From assembly GCA_036785375.1 (NCBI GenBank), contig JAWMAR010000201.1:1-64000 (forward strand): a stretch of 64,000 nt of DNA, in the 5' to 3' direction. How positions within the stretch are numbered: the first letter of the stretch is position 1; every line of letters starts with the position of its first letter. The notes under the pieces were generated by a model, which ran no database searches, was not told where the DNA came from, and saw nothing but the letters and a program-made list of their open reading frames with translations. Made by a program: the position numbers and the translations under genes. Source of the stretch: Leucoraja ocellata (taxonomy: Eukaryota). Below, in pieces: positions 37,385 through 49,310 of this stretch.

Positions 37385-38595
37385 ATCCTATCTATGTTAT
37401 TCATGATTTTAGATACCTCGATAAGATTAGTCTTGTCCGTTCAATGAATAAAGTCCTAGCCTGGCCAACCTTTCCCTGTAACTCAGTCCGCATTATCTTG
37501 GCAACATCCTAGTAAATCTTTTCTGGTCCACAGGATCTCAGCGTTTTTCTTCCTGTCAACAACTTCAGGCCACTCACCACTGACCCCCACCCCACCCCTC
37601 ACCTTGTGAATGTTCTGTTGCATTCAGACACATCCCCAACTCTGGCACCAGGGAGGCACACCATCCTGTGTGTGGGTTCATCAGCTGGGACATTTAATAC
37701 AGAACAGAGAGGTTATGGTACAACTTTGTAACACATTGATTAGAATTCAGCGAGCGTATTATATACAGTTCGGGTCACCGCACTAAAGGAGGGATTTCAT
37801 TGCACTGGTGAGAGTGCAGAGGAGATTCATCAGTATGTTCCCTAACCCCACAATAGATGTGTTCACAGTAAGGGGGCATAAGGTTAGGGTGAGGAATAAG
37901 AGCGATCTGAGGAAAAGATTGTTTCACCCAAAGAGTGGTTGGAGACTGGACCACACTGCATGAGAGGGTGGTGGACAAAGATACCAGAGAAAAGCCGTAG
38001 TAGCGGATGGGTAATCTTCAGTGCCATTTCCGTAACCGGCTACCGTCATCTACAAGCGCAGCGTATTGCTCGAATCGCCATGGTATGCGACCCGACCAAT
38101 CTTTCTTCAGGTTCCCCACGAAAAACTAAAGGTGAGAAAAAATGTATTACTTTCTGTCGTGTAATGAAAATATTATTTAGCCTGCCTGCTCTCTCCCTAC
38201 AGCTCAGATAGTCGAGTCGTTGCCATGACTCGTCTATCTGAGCTATCAAGTGGGAGAGATCGGGCAGGCTAAATAATGCAATTTCTTTCTGCCTCTCGTA
38301 CAAATTCAACTGAACATCTAGACTAAAGATCGTGGAAAGGACTATGATCTAGACTCTGTTGCACGTGTGCAGCTCCCATACCAAGGGAACAACGACATGC
38401 CACGAGGAGTACACATTAAAGCCTTAATTTCCTTCCTAATGTATGATGACTGTAACCATATACATGTAACATACAACCATATACAATTCTATTCTTATGA
38501 TCCCAACAATGTATTATATTATGTGGCATAATTGTTATATTAATGTCTCTGTTAATGTCCAGCATCCTATTTGCTTTATTAATTGCTCTGTCAAC

Positions 38596-39324
38596 CTGCC
38601 CCACCTGGTGGCCGATTAGGAAAAGGGGAGATGCAACGAGACCTGGGTGTCATGGTACACCAGTCATTGAAAGTAGGCATGCAGGTGCAGCAGGAAGTGA
38701 AGAAAGCAAATGGTATGTTGGCATTCATAGCAAAAGGATTTGAGTATAGGAGCAGGGAGGTTCTACTGCAGTTGTACAGGGCCTTGATGAGACCACACCT
38801 GGAGTATTGTGTACAGTTTTGGTCTCCTAATCTGAGGAAAGACATTCTTTCCATAGAGGGAGTGCAGAGAAGGTTCACCAGACTGATCCCTGGGATGGAA
38901 GGACTTTCATATGAAGAAAGACTGGATAGACTCGGCTTCTACTCGCTCGAATTGAGGGGGGATCTTATAGAAACTTACAAAATTCTTAAGGGTAGATGTA
39001 GGAAGATTGGTCCTGATGTTGGGGAAGTCCAGAACAAGGGGTCACAGTTTAAGGATAAGGGGGAAGTCTTTTAGGACCGAGATAAGAAAAACATTTTTCA
39101 CACAGAGAGTGGTGAATCTGTGGAGTTCTCTGCTGCGGAAGGTAGTTGAGGCCAGTTCATTGGCTATATTTAAGAGGGAGTTAGATGTGGCGATTGTGGC
39201 TAAAGGGATCAGGGGGTATGGGGAGAAGGCAGGTACAGGATACTGAGTTGGATGATCAGCCATGATCATATTGAAGGGTCAAATGGCCTACTCCTGCACC
39301 TATTTTCTATGTTTCTGTGTTTCT
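38596..39324 (+). mobile_element. Young CR1 LINE 3' fragment
   Basis: RDLGVMVHQSLK...RPHLEYCVQFW...GYGEKAGTGY*. Confidence 0.9.
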
Positions 39325-40429
39325 ACTTCCTACAAGGATTTATGCACCTATTGTACATTTTTGGTTTTGATCTTGTTGCAAGGCATGCATGCTAATGTAA
39401 GAAGATTTTAATAAGCTCTGCTACATTTAAGATAAATTGACATATTAGAGGAAAAATGCATCTTCAATATACATGTCTCGCCCCACCCCTGAAAACTAAT
39501 TTTGCATTTAAGTGACTGTCTGCAGGTATGTAGTTATAATCCAATTAGTTCTCACAAATTAATCCTATAAGATATTCCTATAAATTAATCTTAATCATAT
39601 TAAGATTGTTCTTATATTAATCCTATATATTTTCTGTGATTTCAGATGTCGGCAGTGGGTCCAGAATACTCGTCAACAAGATCTCCGACACAGAACTATG
39701 GAGTACTTGTCAAAGAACTGCCATCATTGGTTAGCTGATATTCAAAACACTGCAACCCCGTATATCTCGCACACAAAACAATGTCAACTATTTAAATCTT
39801 ACCATGAATGACAGAAATAAAAAGTGTTATCCTTGTTTATGAATTTCGATGTTGAATTATCTCAAATTGAGTGGGTTGGTGCATAATCCAAAAATCACAA
39901 TAAAAAGCCCAAATCTGCCTATGTTCCTTCCACAGCGTGTGGGGAATTTGGCCAGGGTCAGCAGGGTTGGGCCACCTGGGGTAAAGCTGCAGGGAGGGCA
40001 GGAGTGTTGAGAAGTTGGGGGTCGGGGGATCATGCCAGCAACTCACTCATTAGCTTGGGTGGCTGCGAGTGGCCGCTGGGACCGGACAGCAGAACTGCAG
40101 CTGGACCAGGGGCTCGCATGCAACCTGGGAGCTGCAGCTAGTCCCGGAGGGTCCTGGCCCCTATGCAAAAAAGGTTGCCGACCCCTGGAGTAAACCAGAC
40201 CCTTGATCCTGTCCCGCCAGCCTTTGTGTTCATTGATATTTTATTCACAATATTAGGATTTCATAGAGGGAGAGAGAGAGGTTGAATGAATGAAAGAAAA
40301 AAAGAAAGAAAGAAAAAGGTTGCTCAACAAATAATTAGAGATCACAAGAAAGAAACAAGAGAATATATATATGTGTGTGTTATATATTTATGTACGTATG
40401 TCACACATATATATACACCATTGGGCATC

Positions 40430-40430
<1 letters not shown>

Positions 40431-40515
<85 letters not shown>
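40431..40515. repeat. (TA)n microsatellite, ~42 units
   Basis: Direct observation. Confidence 0.98.
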
Positions 40516-40521
<6 letters not shown>

Positions 40522-41004
40522 GAGAAATATATATGTGTGTTATATAATTATATGCATCTCTATCACATTTATATATGTTTAATACAAAAATCGATTCAAA
40601 CACAGGAGCCATTTAAAAAGAACATTTAAAAAAAACATTTAAAACATTTAAACACACACTCTTCCCCCGCAACGCTGATTACACTGCGAAAGGCATAGCT
40701 GAAGACGGGTCGGGTTTACTGAAATGGCGGAAGTTACGCTCCGTAGCGTACTACACGTCAGTCCGTTGGATTTTGCCGAAGTGGTCTATCTTGCTCTGCT
40801 CTAGTATCTTTGGTGGTGGAGGCAGAGACTCTCACACTGTTTATGGAGCACTTGAATAACCAAGGCACAGACGGCCCCAGAGCAAGTGTATTAAATGGAT
40901 AGTCAGCATGCGCATGGTGTGTTGAAGGGCCTTCTTCTGTGCTGTAGGATCGCTGCCCTGGCCTGGGATCAGTGGGCCCCGGGCTGGGGTGGAGGATGGA
41001 CGTC

Positions 41005-41127
41005 TCATGGCTCACAGTGCTGGGACTTTCCAGGGGCGTCCGGTGATCCAATGCCTGAGGTCCCAGGAAGGTTGATAGTATCATACACGGAGGCAATGAT
41101 CCCCATTCTCTCCTCCTCACTCTGAAC
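41005..41127 (-). CDS. Gene C exon 6, distal cytoplasmic tail with ITIM-like SVYDTI and stop
   Basis: Acceptor ctctgctttctctacag, phase 0, VQSEEERMGIIASVYDTINLPG...HCEP*. Confidence 0.82.
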   Translation of the reverse strand, partial: VQSEEERMGIIASVYDTINLPGTSGIGSPDAPGKSQHCEP

Positions 41128-41214
41128 CTGTAGAGAAAGCAGAGAGTGTTCACAGCAAAGGGACATTGTGCTCTGGATGCACTCAACTGTGTAAAGAGAA
41201 GGAGGCATAGCACA

Positions 41215-41410
41215 GTGACTAGGTGTGTGGGGACAGGGTACCCTCGTAACTGGTGTGTGGGGACAGTGAACCCCAGTAACTGGGTAGATGGAGGAGAGTG
41301 TACTCCAGTAACTGGCGGTGTGGGGACAGTGTACTCCAGTAACTGGGTAGATGGAGGAGAATGTACTCCAGTAACTGGCGGTGTGGGGACAGTGTACTCC
41401 AGTAACTGGG
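41215..41410. repeat. Minisatellite in the last intron of gene C (gtgtggggacagtgtactccagtaactgg, ~63 bp higher-order unit)
   Basis: Direct observation of tandem units. Confidence 0.85.
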
Positions 41411-41521
41411 TGTATGCCCATTTTTAACCCTGGCCTGGCTGGGGATAGTGAGCGTGGTCTCTAGGATGAGGGTTCAGTCCCACTGACCCCCTCTCCCATG
41501 GGTCAGAACATGTCCCGTTAC

Positions 41522-41610
41522 CGTTTTGTTTCCCTCCGGAGGCTGCTGTTTGTCAGGACGTCTCTGTGGTTGCTCGACCTGAGCGTAGACAGTCTCCGTG
41601 GGCCCTGGGT
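41522..41610 (-). CDS. Gene C exon 5, cytoplasmic segment with ITSM TVYAQV
   Basis: Acceptor ctctctctctgccccacag, 89 nt phase 1-0, donor ACG|GTAACG; DPGPTETVYAQVEQPQRR... Confidence 0.85.
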
Positions 41611-42156
41611 CTGTGGGGCAGAGAGAGAGTGATGAGGACCTGCCCCTGCACCATGCAACAACTCCTTCGCACTCCAGTCGCACCAAGACGCTTCCCGATC
41701 ACCCCTCTCTCTCCCTCCCTCCGTGCCAACTGCACGTACCATCTGCTATTTCTACCCTCCCAGCCTCTTCCTCCAACCGTCTCCTCTCCCTCCCACACCC
41801 TTTCTTGGATCTTTTCCCTTTTTCCTGTCATCCCGGCCCCTCACCCTGACCCCAGCCCCCTTTTCTATATCCTGTTCAGAGCTGTGACCTCTAAAACTGA
41901 GACTTTCTTGAATCTTGAACCCCACCCTTCCTAACCTCCTCCCCTGGGCTGCAACCCTTGGTCCAGAGGGTGCGTGGGTGGGACACTTTCCTGTACCTTG
42001 CACCACCAACCCCACCTCAACCTTTTCCCTTGGACTGAGTCCCCTGGTTTAGAGAGCGTGTTGAGATTTTTCTGTACCCTGAACACCGCCCCCCCTCCCT
42101 CGCCCCATATTCTCCCCTGGGCTGTGACCTTTGGCCCTCGGGGGTCAGACACTTGC

Positions 42157-42279
42157 CTGCTGGCCCGTCCCTTGTTGAATAGCGTTTGAAGAAAATCACA
42201 ATGGCAAAGACCACAATGGCAACTGCCACAATGACAAGGACCGATATCAATGGAATTATCCATGCTCTATTCCCTGGAT
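42157..42279 (-). CDS. Gene C exon 4, neutral transmembrane helix (DPGNRAWIIPLISVLVIVAVAIVVFAIVIFFKRYSTRDGPA)
   Basis: Acceptor ttttctcctctccag, 123 nt phase 1-1, non-canonical GC donor CAG|GCAAGT; KR stop-transfer. Confidence 0.85.
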
Positions 42280-42989
42280 CTGGAGAGGAGAAAAGATTCC
42301 GTGATTACTCCATCCTCGCGCTCCGAGGGACACGGGATCAACGCCATCCCACCTCAGGCTGGGGAAAGTCCCCATCACCCCAACACCCTGCCTCAGCTTC
42401 CCCAACCACCCCTCACATCACACCCCTGTATCCCTCCCCATGGCAAATTCTGCCTCTCTGAACATTGCCCCTCAGTAGCCCGTCTCCTCCTCATCCTCTG
42501 ATACTGACTATTTTTCTTCGGATTCAAAATCAGATCTCAATATTTCAGTCGCCATCTCCTCCTCCCGCAGTACTGGGCAGTTAACCGTATGCCCAGATAT
42601 AAACCCTCACTCCCAGGGCACTGGTCATATACGGAATGAAGCACACTGTCCTGGATCTGGTCTCCCAACCTATGGAAGGATATTTGTGGATTTGTGGGCA
42701 ATGGCCCAAAGGTTCAGCAGAATGATTCTTGTGATGGTGGGCATGTCCCATGAGGAGAGATGAAGCAGACCTGTCAAATGTAGCAGAAGCATGAGAAGCA
42801 ATTGCTTTGAGGTCTTTAAATTTAACAGGGATTGACAGACTAGACCCAGGAAGGATGTTTTCCTTGGCTGATGTCTCTGTACCCATGGGACACCATCTTA
42901 GGTTAGAGAATAAATGTATTCACCCAGAGGGGTAAATGTTTGTAATTTACAGCCCCTGAGGATGTCGCTGACAATAGTCAAGACTACTA

Positions 42990-43212
42990 TAAATAGACAA
43001 TAGGCGCAGGAGTAGGCCATTCGGCCCTTCGAGCCAGCACCGCCATTCAATGTGATCATGGCTGATCATCCCCAATCAATACCCCGTTCCTGCCTTCTCC
43101 CCATATCCACTGACTCCGCTATTTTTAAGAGCCCTATCTAGCTCTCTTGAGAGTATCCAGAGAACCGGCCTCCACCGCCCTCTGAGGCAGGGAATTCCAC
43201 AGACTCACAACA
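42990..43212 (-). mobile_element. CR1 3' end
   Basis: Reverse complement of the CR1 3' UTR. Confidence 0.8.
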
Positions 43213-44344
43213 GTCTGTGAGAACCTATCAACTCCCACAGTTATCTGGACAATACTTCTTCCCACCTTGCCTCAATCAGTCTAAAGAAGTATCCCAACCA
43301 AAGCCTCACCTATACATGTTCTTCAGGGATGCTGCCTCATCCACTGAGTTACTGAGCGTCCAGGAGCGGAAAAGGCTGCAAAACATTGTATCCATTGCCC
43401 AGTCCATCATCGGCTCTGACCTCTCTACCATCAAGGGGATCTATCGCAGTCGCTGCCTCAAAAAAGTTGCCAGCATCATCAAGGACCCACATCATCCTGG
43501 CCACACACTCATCTCCCCGCTGCCATCAAGTAGAAAGTACAGGAGCCTGAAATCTACAACATCTAGGTTCAGGAACAGCTTTTCCCCACCGCTATCAGAC
43601 TATTAAACACAACTTCAAACAAACTCTGACCTATAACAGCCCATTGCACTTTATCAGTTTATTGATGTGTGTATATCAAGAACCAGAACAAGGGGCCGCA
43701 ATCTTAGAATAAAGGAGAGGACATTTAAGACTGAGGTTGATCATATGCTGAACAATCCAACCACATCTTTGTTTGGAAGTGGAAAGAAATAATAGAAATT
43801 GCATTCATTGCAATGTGTAAAACGAGTTGAGATACTGTATTATAATTTTGCTGCATGTCATCATGGCTTAATTTGTGAATATGTTTAGTTTGTGACTTTA
43901 TTTGAAGCAGAAATAATATGTGAATGCTTCATTGAGCATAATTCCGACTGGTAACTACGCACTTCGTTCGAGCACATTATCGCATGCGTCATGCAAGCCG
44001 CCTTAAATGACCACCTAAACTGTCATTTGGCAACTTAAAAAGCTGCCAAGGTTGCCCGGCTGAAACCAGAGAAAAAAAATGAAGTGAGTGCCCTGCAAGG
44101 TGTATAATATTTTTGACACTGTCATAGGCCTTTCTTACACATGCTGTCACAACGCACCGTAGTCTCTAAACAACCCTTCAGTAATTTTCCTTGCCCTCCA
44201 TTTCAGAATAATAGTGTTTTAAGCCAATAACTCGACACTAGCACTGGCAATAAATAAATGAACAAATAAGCGCCATTTTCCAGCCCCTTATCTCATTGGC
44301 CATGCTCGGCTGCAAATCGGTGTCAATCTGGTGGACCATCTTCC

Positions 44345-44425
44345 TCTTGTCGTGGAGGTGGGGGATTGGGAGGGGCCCCACAAGTGGAACAGCTTAGGGC
44401 CTCTCTTCATCTAAATCCGGCCCTG
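44345..44425 (-). mobile_element. Terminal fragment of the same hAT-like family as 18035-19181
   Basis: Reverse complement reads CAGGGCCGGATTTAGATGAAGAGAGGCCCTAAGCT. Confidence 0.7.
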
Positions 44426-44557
44426 CCTGAGGCATGGATTAGATATAGAGTGAAGTTACCTCCACATTGTCCCATCACACTCTCCCAATACACTGTCCCA
44501 ATGAACAAATAAATTACTGTCCTCCCAATAACCTGGGATCCTCACTTTGACACTCAC

Positions 44558-44839
44558 CAGATGTGGTCTGTTTACAGATATCCCTCAGCCGGATCTGTGC
44601 TGTGCCCTCACTAACCGGGTTCGTGGTGTCACACCTGTACACAACGTCCCCGACCTCTGCTGTGTGATGAACCTGTATTGTCTTTCCATGTCCCTCGAGG
44701 TGATGGGTGTTGTCGTTTCCCGAAGCTTCCTTCCACCACGTGAAGTTGATGGGGCCACCAGAGGTCACGAAGCAGGTCAGGGTGAAGTTGCAGATCTCGG
44801 TGGTGTTCTCAGCCTTGATCTGTGTTCCTGCCACGGGCT
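44558..44839 (-). CDS. Gene C exon 3, SLAM-type IgC2 domain
   Basis: 282 nt phase 1-1 exon with canonical splice sites; 10 aa differences from the gene B C2 exon. Confidence 0.92.
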
Positions 44840-45974
44840 CTGAAGTTGGGGCAGAGGGAAGAAAGATGAGTAAAGGAGATCCTTGTAAACCCCTCGATAC
44901 CCAACAACCCGTCTCCAACAGCGATGAGTGAATGTTAGGCTGATCCCAGCTCATTTCCACCCACCAGTTTATCTATTCCCTCCCCCTTCAGTTCAGACAG
45001 TTGTTGTTGGAGGAAGTCCACACATGCTGCGCCCCCTTCCCGACCACTGCCCGCACTCATCCACAAACTCTCCACTGTGTCCTGTTTACAGCCAAGAGTC
45101 AAAAGTGTGATATTATCATATGCCCCATATAGAACAATGAAATTCTTACATTCAGGAGCACAACAGAATATGTAAACATAGTAATCTGTAAATAATATAA
45201 TAAACATGAAAAATTTGCAGTTCGCATATTGTAATGGGTTGAGGTTCTTGTTGAGGTAGGAGTTGATATGCACCGTAACCAATCTCTCAAAGCACTTCAT
45301 CACCACGGATGTTAGTGCCACAGATCGATAGTCATTGAGGCATATTGCCTTACTCTTTTGGAAGAGTATGTCGCCTTACTAGAATTTTTATTATTGATGC
45401 CCTCTTAAAGCAGGTGGGAACTTCAGACTTCAGTAATGAGAGGTTGAAGATGTCTATAAAATCTCCAGTCTGCACAGGTTTCATGGCTCTGTATGTTGGG
45501 AATTCTCCTCAGTTCCATGTATTTTGTCACTCCTGTGAGTGAGTGGTCCCCATGTCTCTTTCACACCTGATGGACATTTTTAACGTATTGATCGGTATGG
45601 GCAGAGGGGACTGAGAGAAACGACCCCCAGTGGGGGGAAGACAAGAAACAGAGACAGGAGGAGTGGGATCGTGGATTAGAGATTCAGGATAAGGGGCTGT
45701 CCTTGTCAGATGGAGAAATTGAGAAATTCCTTCTCTCTGAGGGTTGGAAATCAGTGGAATTCTCCCTTGGAGAGCTGTGGAGGCCAAGTCGGTAAAAGTA
45801 TTTAAGGCCAAGACAGATAGAACTTTGTTCTGGAGGGAAGGCGGGAATGTGTACAATGGATTCAGATTCCGAATCTGATTCCGAACAAAGAGGGATCCGG
45901 CATGGGGGGGTGGGTGAGTGTGGGGGCCCCAAGAGCAACGAGGGACCATCAGGACTATATTGATAACGTATAAC

Positions 45975-47230
45975 ATCCTCCATGCTGCACTGTCTCACCT
46001 GGAGCAGCGGGGGAGCTACGTGCGGATGCTCTTTGTGGACTACAGCTCTGCTTTTAATACCATCCTTCCCCACAAACTGGTGGACAAACTGGGGGACTTG
46101 GGACTTCCACACTCCACCTGTACGTGGATAAATAGCTTCCTGTCGGGTCGCAGCCAGAGAGTCAGAGTGGGCCATCACACATCCACGGCCCTCAGCCTCA
46201 GTACCGGCTCTCCACAGGGCTGCGTACTGAGCCCCCTGCTCTACACCATCTACACACATGACTGCGCCCCCGCCCACCACAGCAACACCATTGTCAAATT
46301 TGCGGATGACACTACAGTGGTGGGACTCATCTCCGGGGGGGACGAGTATGCCTACCGGGATGAGGTGGAGCAGCTGACAGTGTGGTGCGAAGAAAATAAC
46401 CTGCTCCTCAACACCTCAAAGACAAAGGAAGTAATAATAGACTTCAGGAAGAACAAAACGGACATGGTACCACTGACTATCAGAGGGGACTGTGTAGAGA
46501 GGGTGGCGGATTTCCGCTTCCTGGGAATCCATATTGAGGAGGACCTGACGTGGAGCGTGAACACCACTGCGCTGCTGAAAAAGGTCCAGCAGAGACTGCA
46601 CTTCCTGAGGGTGCTCAGGAAGAACAACATCACTCAGAGACTGCTGCTGTCCTTTTATCGGTGCTCCATTGAGAGCATACTAACATACTGTGTATGCGTG
46701 TGGTACACCAGCTGCACAGCGGCTCAGAGGAAAGCGCTCCAGAGGGCCATTGACAATGCCCAGAGGATTGTCGGCTGCCCTCTCCTTACCTTGGAGGACT
46801 TACACAGTTCCCGCTGCACCAAAAAAACCCAGAATATAATAAAGGACATTTCCCACCCCGGACACTCCCTGTTTGAACTGTTGCCGTCAGGCAGACGGTA
46901 CAGATCCACAAGGACAAGGACAAATAGACTAAAAAACTGTTTTTACCCCACTGCTATAAAAGCACTAAATGTAGCCACCAAGGAACGGAGGGGCGACACA
47001 GACTAAGGGACTGTGGTAACTGTGAAATCGACAGAAGGATGGAGGGTTGGGTGTGTATGCTTGCTTTGTCCGTGATATTTATTTATTTGTTTATCTTTAT
47101 TATTTTACCGTGGATGTAGCGTTAGCTTTAGAAATGTTTGAATGCTGCACTGACTGGCTGACATTTTAAATTTCGTTGTACATGGCCCATGTTACAATGA
47201 CAATAAATAAACTATTCTATTCTATTCTAT
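45975..47230 (+). mobile_element. Rex1/Babar-type LINE, 5'-truncated, with uninterrupted RT C-terminal ORF (to 47006)
   Basis: MLFVDYSSAFNTI, GSPQGCVLSPLLY, KFADDTT, SGRRYRS..TRTNRLKN; AATAAA plus (CTATT)n tail; lies in gene C intron 2. Confidence 0.9.
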
Positions 47231-47744
47231 GTAACCTTGTCGGCACCCTATATGTGGAGACTCTTTGCGTATGTGTGTATTATATGCAAAACAAAGAATT
47301 TCTCTGTACCAAGTGTATGTAACAAGAAATCATCAACCAATCAATCAATCGCCAGATTCAGATTAATATATTATCATCTGGTCAAGATGCAATGAAATTC
47401 CTTGCTTACATGACATGGAGTAAGCAGTGTGTTTAGTAACAATAAGAGAATAATAAATACGACTGGCACAATACAGTGGAATGGTGCAAGAGAAAGTCCC
47501 CAATAATACTGGAATAGCGCAGAAATATTGAGGTGCAATAATAAGCAGGAAAGTTGAGCTGAGGCCAAGGTCAGACCAGTGCTGATCTCAATGAGGTTTG
47601 AAGGGCCAAATAGCCTCTTCCTGCTCATGTTCCATGCTCTGATGTTCTCCTCCCAACCATGGGAACTGGTTAACCCTGGGATGAAGGAGGGAAGATTTCC
47701 CAGCCAGACGCTACTGGGTGAGATTATTGTGAACGTTATACAGA

Positions 47745-48800
47745 GTCGGAGTCATAGAGTGATACAGTGTGGAAACAGGCCCTTCGGCCCAACTTGCCCA
47801 CACCGGCCAACATGTCCCGGCTACACTAGTCCCACTTGCCTGCGCTTGGTCCATATCCCTCCAAACCTGTCCTATCCATGTACCTGTCTAACTGTTTCTT
47901 AAACAATGGGATAGTCCCAGCCTCAACTACCTCCTCTGGCAGCTTGTTCCATACACCCACCACCCTTTGGGTTAAAATGTTACCCCTCAGATTATTTTCC
48001 CCTTCACCGTGAACCTATGTCCTCTGGTCCTCGATTCCCCTACTCTGGGTAAGAGACTCTGTGCATCTCCCCGATCTATTCCTCTCATGATTTTGTACAC
48101 CTCTATAAGATCTCCCCTCATCCTCCTGTGCTCCATGGAATAGAGACCCAGCCTACTCAACCTCTCCCAACAGCTCACACCCTCTAGTTCTGGCAGCGTC
48201 ATCGTAAATCTTTTCTGAACCCTTTCAAGCTTGACAATATCTTTCCTGTAACATGGTGCCCAGAACTGAAAACAATATGCGGTCTCACCAACGTCTTATA
48301 CAACTGCAACATGACCTCCCAACTTCTATACTCAATACTCTGACTGATGAAGGCCAATGTGCCAAATGTCTCTTTGACCACCTTAACTACCTGTGACTCG
48401 ACCTTCAAAGAACCATGCACCTGCACTCCTAGATCCCTCTGCTTTACAACACTCCCCAGAGGCCTACCATTTACTGGGTAGATCCTGCCCTTGTTCGATG
48501 TCCCAAAATGCAACACCTCACAATTCTCTGTATTAAATTCCATCTTCACCATCTGCAAAACCATTCACTTTTGTATCAGCAAACTTGTAATCTTGCCCTG
48601 TATGTTCTAATCCAAATCATTGATGTAGATGACAAACTGTAACGGGCCCAGCACAGAGCTGTGAGGCACACCACTAGTCACAGGCCTCCAGTCCGAGAAG
48701 CAACCTTCCACCATCACCCTCTGCTTCCTTCCATGGAGCCAATTTGCTATCCATTCAGCTATCTCTCCTTGGATCCCATGCGATCTAACCTTCCAGAACA
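47745..48800 (-). mobile_element. CR1 LINE RT/3' fragment
   Basis: [29 protein letters not shown]. Confidence 0.85.
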
Positions 48801-49310
48801 CATATTATTGTAAGAGTGAGATAGGAACAATATTGCTGGGTGTGAGTGTGCTGTTGTGTACGTGTACTGCCTCACTCATTGGGACAGTATGTTCTGTGGA
48901 ATAAATACACAGGACAATGCTCAGCAAAGCAGAGCATGGAGTTGAGGAATAAGAACCTTGCTGAACTCACTCCCCAGTCTTGGGAATGAACAGGCAGAGC
49001 TGTGGGAGACAGATGGAACAACTGGGATCCCTGAACATAACATACAAGGCATTTGACCTGTGGATACAGTGGGGTCTGTTTAACTAGGTCTCAGAGATAC
49101 AGACTGTTCGGCTCAACTAAACTACCCCTCCCACCCTATCAATTCCTGCCTCCCCGTGTGCTCAGCTCCGCCAGCCTCCGAGCTAAGCGGTTCCCCGCTG
49201 ACGGTTTGTTCCGTGGCGGCCCCTGGCCCAGCCTCCGGGAATATGATGGGTCTGTCCCCCAGCCTGGCACTGCCCCAGTCGCACTACGGCCGTGACCCCC
49301 ACTCCGCACA

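Larger units (their letters stand above)
37976..40812. mobile_element. hAT-like non-autonomous DNA transposon (2837 bp) with nested CR1 and (TA)n
   Basis: TIRs CAAAGATACCAGAG / CTCTAGTATCTTTG; perfect 8-bp TSD GTGGTGGA; splits an old CR1 3' fragment. Confidence 0.85.

Noticed and set aside
40286-40629. IYIYIY ORFs
   Set aside because: (TA)n microsatellite
41215-41410. CRISPR-like repeat array
   Set aside because: Eukaryotic minisatellite with no unique spacers and no cas genes
45918-47006. 362-aa ORF as a host or domesticated gene
   Set aside because: 5'-truncated Rex1/Babar RT with retroposon tail; the N-terminal residues come from flanking DNA
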